The notes under the pieces: model-generated
Told to the model about the DNA's origin: nothing
Database searches by the model: none
The model's input: the letters and a program-made list of their open reading frames with translations, nothing else
Part shown: piece by piece, positions 22,410 through 30,573 of the stretch
Position numbering within the stretch: the stretch's first letter is position 1
Layout of the letters: every line of letters begins with the position of its first letter
Assembly: GCA_943704415.1 (NCBI GenBank)
Contig: CALSCO010000787.1
Coordinates: 62,001 to 92,573 of the forward strand
Source: Parvularia atlantis
Taxonomy: Eukaryota
Direction of reading: 5' to 3'
DNA: 30,573 nucleotides
Program-made: the position numbers and the translations under genes

Positions 22410-24020
22410 ATGACGGAGCTGTGCGTGGCGTGGTCTGACCATCGTTGCCCACACCACACGACGCGCACCGGCTTATCACGCGACCTCCCCGCCCGCCTCC
22501 CGCGACGCCGCCACGACGCCGCCGACGCGCGGCTGAAACGGCGCGTCGCAGACCGTACTGCAACTGGTTCGTGCGCGTGAGCGGCTGCGCCGACGCCGAG
22601 ACGCACCGGGCCGTGCGCATCGCGTGCCTCGCCGTCGCGGCCGCGGCGAGCGTGCTCGCGCTGCTGTACTTTGTCGTGCGGCGCGCCAAGGGCCACCGGC
22701 TGCTGTTCTCGTTCGGGCCGGGTGCGATTGACGGCACGTTCCTGCTCGTCACGCTGGCGTGCATCAGTGCGTGGCGCACCCGCATCCGCAGTAGCATCCG
22801 CATTGAGCGCTCGCACCGCCGCAGTGCGCTTCGTCGACTCGGCCATCGTCGTCGCCGACGCGTTCCCGAGCTACGTCGCGGCCTGGCTCGTCACCGAGAC
22901 CGGCTCGCTCCTCATCTTATCGGCCATCGTGTTCTTCGTCTTTGCGATGTGCGCCGTCGCTGCGCCGTCGCGTGTTGCTGCGCGTGCTGAGCCGCACGCG
23001 CGCGCAGCTTCTTCTCGTTCCCGACGGCGCATCTCGGCGGCAAGAGCAACACGCAGCTCATCCCGAAGCCCGTCTTGTGCGCTCGTTCGCTGCCCTCGCG
23101 TGCGGCCTGTGGCTGATCGTGTGCGCGGCAGCATCGCGTTCTGCGTGGTCGAGGTGCTCGGCGGGACGGTCGTCGTCATCACCATCGCGACGCTGCTCGG
23201 GCAGGAGCAGGACCGCGGTGTGCCCGACGTCGACAGCCGCATGTTGCTGGTGCTCCGCCCGCGCTGCCCGCGACTGACGGCGGCGGAAGCTCAGCCGGGT
23301 CGTGCGGCGCAGGCACGCAACGCCGTCTGGGCGATCCTCGTCGGCCTCCTCGCGATTGCGTTCATCGTGTGCAGCAGCAAGCTCCTCGCGATGCTGCGCA
23401 GCTACAGCGCCGCGGGCGCGAGCCGCGTGCAGTCGGCGGCGACGGCGCGTGCCGTGGCGCGGGTGCGGCGGCGGCGCCGCTCTGTGCGCGGCCGTGCGCG
23501 ACACTCACACGGGACGCGCAGATCAAGCTGTTTGTGTTTGTCGTTGGGCCCGTACTCACGCTCTACGCGCTCGTGCTGGTCGTGTACACGGCCGCGCGCG
23601 AGCCGATCATGTCGCACCGGCCGACCTCGATCATCTTCTACCTCTGGTTCTTCATGGCGACCGACGTCGTCGTCGTCGTGTGCACGCCCGTGCTCATCCT
23701 CATGTGCGCGCCGCTCGTCTGGCGTGCGGAGCGTGCGCGTGCTGAGCCGTGCGCGCACCGGCAGGGAGGTCTGGGGTTTTATGGACCACTCGGAGAAGGG
23801 CTCGACGTCGGGCAACGAGTCGGCGCGCGGGCGCGGCATCTTGTTCCTCGGGCGCATGCGCTTTGGCGGCGGCAGTGGCGGGGGATCGGGCGCGCCGGTC
23901 GAGTCGACGGCGCCCGCGCCAGCCTTGGAGCCGAGCAAGGTGCTCCAGGACGCGCTGGCGTCACTGACGGACGTGGACGAGCACCACCGGCCGCTGTCGC
24001 TCGCCGTGATCGATCTTTGA
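22410..24020 (+). CDS. Orphan 7-TM receptor-like protein, paralog 1
   Basis: MTEL|PYCNWFVRVSGC, seven hydrophobic segments after splicing, FGPGAIDG, tail EPSKVLQDALASLTDVDEHHRPLSLAVIDL*. Confidence 0.8.
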
Positions 24021-24046
24021 CCTGTCGTGCCGGCCCGGGCTGGCGA

Positions 24047-24134
24047 GCACACGCTCGCATTGAGCTGCGCAGCTCAGCCGCACACGCTCGCATTGAGTTG
24101 TGCAGCTCAGCCGCACACGCTCGCATTGAGTTGC
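24047..24134 (+). repeat. 33-nt tandem repeat (~2.7 copies) containing a 16-bp palindrome
   Basis: Unit GCACACGCTCGCATTGAGCTGCGCAGCTCAGCC at 24047, 24080 and 24113 (partial); TGAGCTGCGCAGCTCA is self-complementary. Confidence 0.9.
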
Positions 24135-24385
24135 ATCACAGCACAGCACTCAAGGGCAGTCAAGGCCAGTGCGAGGCACGCACCGCGCACGACAGGCAAC
24201 TGAACGGCACCAGTACGGCAGGGGTCAGCGATGACGGCAGGGCCCGTCGGTCGTCTTGCGCACGCACGCGCCGCAGATCGGGTGCAGACACGGCGTGCGG
24301 CCCGCATTCGCGCCGACCACCTTCAAGCAGAGTGGGCAGGCTGCACCATGCACGCAGTGAGCGACAGCTGGCAAGCATCGGCCGC

Positions 24386-24405
24386 GAGAGAGAGAGAGAG
24401 AGAGA
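24386..24405 (+). repeat. (GA)10 microsatellite upstream of 7-TM paralog 2
   Basis: Direct reading. Confidence 0.9.
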
Positions 24406-24432
24406 ACGCATGTCACCAGGCGGGCGATCGCG

Positions 24433-25216
24433 ATGCCGCCGCCCCCGACCGCGCCGTACGCGTTCTGCGACTGGTTCGTGAACGTGCGCGACTGCGCCGA
24501 CGCGGCCGTGCACCAGCCGTTCCGTGTGGCGTGCCTGGCGCTGTCGTGCGCGGCGGCGCTCGTGATCAGCACGCTGCTCGTCCTCCGCCGCGCAAAGGGC
24601 CACCGCGTCTGGTTCGCGTACGGCCCGGGCGCGCTCGACGGCACGCTGCTCCTCGTCCTCGTCAGCTTCGTCCGTGCGTCGTGCGCCGTGTGCCGTGTGC
24701 CGTGTGCGACGCGGCTGACGGGCGGGATCCCGCAGTCCGCGCCGTCGACTCGGCGCTGCTCAGCTTCGACCTGACCACCTCGTACGTCGCCCGAATCGTC
24801 CTGTGCGAGGTCTCGTGGCTCGTGCTGTACGACGCCTTCATCTTCTTCATGTTCGCAGCGTGCGTCTTCGACGTCCGGCTGCGGCTGCTGCTGCTGCTGC
24901 TGAGGACGACGACGACGACGGCGCACCGCAGCGTCCAGTCGATCCCCGCCCAGTTCATCGACAGCAAGGGGCGCATGCAGAACAACCTGCTGCCCTCCCG
25001 CTCGCTCCTGTGCGCGTCCGGCGCGTCTCGTCTTGTTCGCCGTGCTGATCGCCGCCGTCGCCGTCGTCGTCGCGCAGCATCGGCTTCTGCCTGTTTGAGG
25101 CCGTGGGCTCGTTTGTCGCGCTCATCGTCGTCGCCGTCCTGCTCGGCCTGCGCTTCGAGGCCGACGGGTTCGACGCCGTCGCGGGGCTGTACAGGGTGCG
25201 TGCGCCCGTGCGCCCC

Positions 25217-25251
<35 letters not shown>

Positions 25252-25937
25252 GGCGGGCTGAGCGCGCGGCGGCCGCAGGCGCGGTTCATCATCTGGACTG
25301 TGTGCATGGTCACGCTCGCGACCTCGTTCAGCTTCTACAGCGCGCGGCTGCTCGCCGTCATCCGCACAAGCTTCGGCAACGCGTTCCACCAGGGCCCGCA
25401 GGCCGCGCGCGTGGCCCGCGCCGTGCGCAAGGTGGGCTTTCTGCCTCGTGCACGGGGGGACGTGCGCCTGACGTGCCACACGCGCGCCCCTTGCAGCTCC
25501 AGCTGCTCATCTTCGCCGCCATCCCGGCCATGATCGTCTACACGATCGTGCTGGCGCTGCTGGCCGCGCTACGCGAGCCGATCCTGACCAACCTGGGCAG
25601 CTCGATGGTCTTCGCGTTCCTGTTCTACATGATGGCCGAGGTCGTGATGCTCATCATCGGCCCGGGCATGATCTTCCTGTGCGTGCCCTGCGCGCCGCGT
25701 GTCCTGGCCACCCCCGTGCCGCTCACGCCCGTCTCGCGCGCGCCCAACAGCGAGCTGCACGGCTTCCTGGACGACACGAGCAACCACAGCAGCTCGGCCA
25801 AGCGCGCCGCGCCGGTCGCGCTCGGGCAGCGCGGTGGGTCGGTGGGCGAGGGACCGAGCAGGGTGCTGCGCGACGCGATCGTCTCGCTGACCGAGCCGGA
25901 CGAGGGGCCGCTGAGCCTGAGCGTGCTGGACCTATGA
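24433..25937 (+). CDS. Orphan 7-TM receptor-like protein, paralog 2
   Basis: AFCDWFVNVRDC, YGPGALDG, CEVSW, same intron positions as paralogs 1 and 3, tail GPSRVLRDAIVSLTEPDEGPLSLSVLDL*. Confidence 0.8.
25217..25251 (+). repeat. (GCGT)n microsatellite inside an intron of 7-TM paralog 2
   Basis: About 8.5 copies within intron 25196-25278. Confidence 0.9.
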
Positions 25938-26271
25938 TCATGATCGTCTTCAGTCACGGCCCGTGATGATCTCTTTTTGCTGTCAGGGGGTTCAGTTGCT
26001 GCGCCAATCCTTGTCACTGCTCCGTGCCCCCGTGTCGTGACGAGCAGCACAGTCCTTCCCGCGCTGAGCACGAGCAGGCGAGCCATATGCGGGCGCGTCA
26101 CGTGCAGGTGAGACACGGCTGGAACGAGAGTGAAACGCATCTTTGTTGCCACGTGGCCGGCCTGCTCGCCGTCGGCGCATCGTTCGCTCGCTCCTCCGCG
26201 GCGGCCTGCTGATCGCCGCCGCCACCGCAGCCGTGCCGCCGTCGGCGCATCGTCCTCCCGCAGCCGCACCG

Positions 26272-27776
26272 ATGGCGAGCGAGAGGTGCGCCGCGGGCGG
26301 GGGATGCGCGCGATCAGCGATGGGCCAACCGTCAACAACAACAACAGCGACGTCGAGCCGCTCGCGTACTGCGACTGGATCGTCAACGTGAACGGGTGCC
26401 CCGACAGCGGCGTGCACCGCGCGTTCAAGATCGCGTCGCTGGCGCTGTCGGCCGTGGCCGTGCTGCTGTCGGCCGCGTACCTGCTGCTGCGGCGCGCCAC
26501 GGGCCAGCGCTTCTGGTACCGCTACGGGCCGGGCGCCATCGACGGCTCGTTCGCGCTCATCTGCGTCTCGTTCGTCTGTGCGTCGCCGTACTGCCGCTGC
26601 TGATCGCTGCTGCGGCTGATCGGGCGGCGGCTGCAGTCCGTACCGTCGACGCCGCGCTCATCAGCTTCGACGCGTACCCCAACTACGTCGCGCGCTACGT
26701 CGTGAGCGAGCTCGGCTGGATCATCGTCTTCCACGCGCTCGTCTACTTCCTCTTCGCGATGTGCGGCGCGCTGTGTGCGTGCGGACGGCGCGGCTCACGT
26801 GCGCGGCATCGACAGCGTCCACTCGATCCCGAACGCGTACCTTGACGTGCGCGGCCGCATGCGCAACACGCTGCTCCCGCCGCGGTGGCTCTTGTGCGGC
26901 TGCGCGTGGACGGTGCGCGGCTCACGTGCGCGTGCTGATCGCGCTCGCGACGCGCGCAGCCTCGCCGTGTGCCTGTTCGAGGTCGTCGGGTCGCTCGTGG
27001 CCAACGAGGTGCTGTGCGTGCTCTCGGGCATCTACTTTGAGCGCGGCGGGCTGGGCGCGGTCGTCGACATCAACGTGGTGCGCGTCGTGGGCTGCACGGC
27101 CGAGGGGCGCCCGTTCACGGGGGCCGTGCAACAGGCGCACTTCACGTGCTGGGCCGTGTTTGTCGGGGTCATGGCCGTCGCGTTCTGGTTCTACTGCTCG
27201 CGCCTCATCATCATCATCCGCGACAACTACGTCAACGCCGGGCGGGCGCAGAGCGAGACGATGAAGCGGTCAATCCAGCGTGTGCGTGGCGCATGCTTGG
27301 CAGGTGGGCACGCACTTGAACCTCATACGCGCGCAGCTCAAGATGATCATCTTTACCGTCGCGCCGGGCCTCGTCATCTTCGCGCTCGGCCTGATCATGC
27401 TCGCGGCGTTCCGCGTCAAGATCTTCCTCAACCTCGGCGCGTCGCTCTTCTTCTCGTTCAACTGGAACATGCTCACGCAGCTGCTCGCCATCGTCGCCAC
27501 GCCGGTCCTCATCTACATGTACGCAGCGCACGGCCACGCGCACGCGCTGTGCTCGCGCTCGTGCTTATGCTCACACGCGCCGCCAGTGAGCTGTACGGCG
27601 AGACAGAGGAGACGGAGAAGACCGGCAGCTCGCACGACAAGCGCCGTGGCACCAGCTCGCGCGTCAAGAGCGATGAGAGCAACGAGCCGAGCGCCATGCT
27701 GCGCGACGCGCTCGTGTCGCTCTCCGAGATGGACGCGCACCACCAGCCCTTGTCTTTGCGAGTGCTGGACCTGTAA
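26272..27776 (+). CDS. Orphan 7-TM receptor-like protein, paralog 3
   Basis: MASES|DVEPLAYCDWIVNVNGC (intron 26286-26347 proposed), YGPGAIDG, SELGW, tail EPSAMLRDALVSLSEMDAHHQPLSLRVLDL*. Confidence 0.8.
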
Positions 27777-27867
27777 CTTTTCCTCGCAACGCATCGACAA
27801 ATATCAGCACCGCACACACCGAAAAGGAGGGAGCGAGAGCATGGGGCAGGGCAGGGCGCGCGGCCGT

Positions 27868-30540
27868 TCAGCGGTTCGGGCTGCCCTTGAGCCGCAGGAA
27901 GTCCTCGGGCATCGTCTTGGCGTCGACCATGAGCGTGCGGCGCACCTTGAACGGGTTGCGCGAGCCGTTTTTGCTGCTCACGTTGGGTCAGCGCGGTGCG
28001 AGCGGGTGCAGCGCCAAACGGACGCACCGCGGCTCCTTGCCGTGCACGACATCGCGCACGACGCTGCGCGCGTTGACGTGCTTGATCGTCGTCGCCTCGA
28101 AACGCGCGTGCGGGATCAGGTCGCGCAGCTCGGCCTCGACGTTCTCGACGCCCGTGTAGTCGACCTGCCGGCCGCGCCCGCTCTCAGCCGCCGCACAAGC
28201 GCACTCGCTCGCATGCGCCGCGCACCTGGTCGTAGAGCACCTCGCGCGCCATGTCGATCGGGTTGTCGTGGCCCTCGACCGCGTCGATGTTGACGAGCAT
28301 GACGCCGACGATGAAGCCATTGTTGAGGTAGTAGATCACGCCCTGCGCACCCCGGCGCCGCCGGCCCGTCATCAAGCAGTGCTAGCCGCGCACAGCAGAC
28401 ACTGCACACACGCACCCGGTCGTACTTGCTGATCGAGTCGTCCAAGGCCGGGCGCCGGCGCGACGCGTCCCAGATGCCGATCGTCTCGCAGCGCGCGTCA
28501 ACCACGCCGACCGTCTCGATGCGCAGGCCGAGCGCGCGCATGTCGACGCGGTTGGCCGGCAGGTGGTAGTACGGCCAGTGCTCTGCGGTGCACGGGCGAT
28601 CAGCAGCAGAGCACCACCACAGGCGCTACGTCCGCACCGCCGAGCATGTTGTGCGCCGCGATCACGCCCGAGGCCACGGCGTGGTCGTAGTTTTGGTCGC
28701 GGCGGCGGCCGAGCACGACGTTCGGGTAACTGCGGCCCCGCGCGTCAGCACCATCGGCTCACAGCTGTGCGCGCACCTGATCACGTCGCCGCCCGCGTAG
28801 ATGTCCGTGCACGCCGACAGCTCCTGGTTGACGACGATGCCGCCGTTGTTCTCGTCGATCTCTGCCCGGCGGCGTCAGCACCACGCGTCCAAGTCACGCT
28901 CGGCAAGCGCACCGAGACCGGCGTCCGCGGCCAGCTCGACGTTGGCGTTGACCGTCGTGGGCGCGTACACGACGAGGTCGCTCTTGAGGTACGACTGTGC
29001 ACGCACGCGCGTCGGCGGCTCATCGTCGTCTTCAGCTGTCGCACCTTCTCCCACGAGTCAATTTCGACGTAGACCTGCTCGGGCGCCTCGGGCACCGTGT
29101 CGACCTTGCTCACGAGGCTGAAGTTTTTTTGCGCGATGCCGAGCGAGCGCAGGCGCGCGGTGATGTAGGCGCGGAAGTACTCTGCGGCACGCGCGGCCGA
29201 TCAGCAGAGCGCGCCTTCGCACGGCGCACGCACCCGGCAGCAGCTTGTACATCACGCCCGGCTCGGCATAGATCTGCGTGATGGCCACGTCGTGCTTGTC
29301 GCGGTTGCGCTGGAAGATCTCGAGCGCGGCCTCGACACCAAACGTGCCACCGCCGACGACCTGTGCTGCGCTCAGCACCGCCGCCTGCGCGCGGCGCGCA
29401 GGACGGGCCGCACAGCAATGTTCTTGACCTTGCCCGACGAGATGATCTTGTCGAGGCGCTCGAGGTCGTTGAGCGTGCGCAGGTCTGCCGCGCTTTCAGC
29501 GATCACGCGTGCAGCACACGTGAGCAGTGCGACGCACTGAACAGCCGCTCGCACGCCTTCTCGTTCGTGCACGGGAGGTTCTCGGTGGGCATGCCTCCTG
29601 GTGCGGGCGCGGTGAGCATGCGCGCCGCACACAGACCCATGCAGGCAACGCACCAGTGCCGATGAAGAGCTTGCCGTACGAGAAGATGCGCCCGTCGCTC
29701 AGCTGAATCAGCTTGCTGTGCACGTCCAGCTTGGACACGGCCGGACCGAGGATGACGGTCGTGTTGGGCGCGGTGTCGAGGCGGCGCAGCTGCTCCTTGT
29801 TCTCTTGCGACGTGACGACGGCGTTGATCCGCGTCGCCCGCTCCTCGGCCACGAGCAGCACCTTGCTGCGCGCGAAGGCCTTGCTCAGCGTCGACAGCTG
29901 CCCGTTGATCGTGTCGAGGCACGCGCGCGCGGCCTGGCCGGCGCCAACGATGACGTGCTGCGTCGGTGCGGATGACGTGAGATGTGCGAACGCCAGCGGC
30001 AGCACGCACGTCGTAGTGCTCGGGCGTGTGCGGCGGCTTGATGCGCGAGCGGCTGTTGTCGACGCCGACGTGGTACCACTTGGGGCTGCGATGAGCGTCA
30101 ACAAAAACGACGCCGAGAGACCACGGGGGTGCCGCACTAGTCGCCCGTGGCCTTGTTGATCTTGAAGCGCGTGAGCGGCGTCACGCCGGCCGCGTCCTTG
30201 GCGGCCGCATCGGCGTGCAGCTGGTGGTCGACCCACTTGGCGACGAGCGTCTGCGGACGGGCGACGTCAGCATCGGCAAACGGCAGACACTCGACGGCGC
30301 GCACCGCAGCGACGACGCCCCCGACGGCTGCGGCGGCCAGAGCGGCGCTGGGACGCCTGCGACGCGCGCGCACGTCAGACACCTCACACAGCACGTCCAC
30401 AGCCGACGCGCGCACCACGGCTGCTGCTGCTGCTGCTGCTGTTGCTGTTGCTGTGCGGCCGCGGAAGTTGCTGCGAAGCGGCGCGGGAGATGCTGCACGG
30501 CGAGGGCCGTGCGCGGCGCGGCGGCGCGTCCGAGCAGCAT
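27868..30540 (-). CDS. AIFM1: Mitochondrial AIF-like flavoprotein (AIFM1 family), divergent, many exons
   Basis: Arg/Ala-rich presequence with polyQ; HVIVGAGQAA, YGKLFIGTGG, VVGGGTFGVE, EIDENNGGIVVNQEL, IYAGGDV, LGRRRDQNYDHAVASG..AAHNM, GVIYYLNNGFIVGVMLVNI. Confidence 0.8.
30421..30453 (-). repeat. CAG/CAA repeat encoding Q11 in the AIF-like N-terminus
   Basis: Direct reading. Confidence 0.9.
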
Positions 30541-30573
30541 GGGGCGGGGGCGGGTCTGGCGGGGGGGCTTGGC

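Noticed and set aside
24047..24134. 33-nt palindromic repeats as a CRISPR array
   Set aside because: Copies are directly adjacent with no spacers, there are no cas genes, and the context is eukaryotic
22410..27776. 7-TM genes as microbial or animal rhodopsins
   Set aside because: No Lys in the predicted TM7 of any paralog and no opsin motifs

Overview
GC-rich, very gene-dense eukaryotic nuclear DNA. The ORF track is mostly misleading because genes are split by many ~45-65 nt spliceosomal introns (donor mostly GTGCG, branch-like CTGAC/CTCAC/CTCAAC, acceptor mostly CAG, no polypyrimidine tract). Splicing by eye gives 17 protein-coding genes in this order: TXNDC17-like (5' truncated), COQ8, an intronless GT14 glycosyltransferase, a 2OG-Fe(II) oxygenase, TMEM94, an intronless F-box-like/XPA-like repeat protein, an orphan small secreted protein, fungal Prs1/PRPSAP-type PRPP synthetase, a DUF5522/C1orf53-like protein, a vWA protein, NSE3/MAGE, SYF2, a secreted GH25-type lysozyme with three Cys-rich repeats, three tandem paralogous orphan 7-TM receptor-like genes, and a divergent AIFM1-like flavoprotein. 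A fungal-type Prs1 together with a protist-type lysozyme, AIFM1 and TMEM94 suggests an early-branching, possibly phagotrophic opisthokont (inference). The best candidate for an undescribed system is the 7-TM triplet. It has a conserved extracellular CxW..C motif and a strongly conserved C-terminal tail, and is transcribed divergently from the lysozyme. All exon boundaries and family assignments come from manual reading and recalled family motifs; no searches were run.
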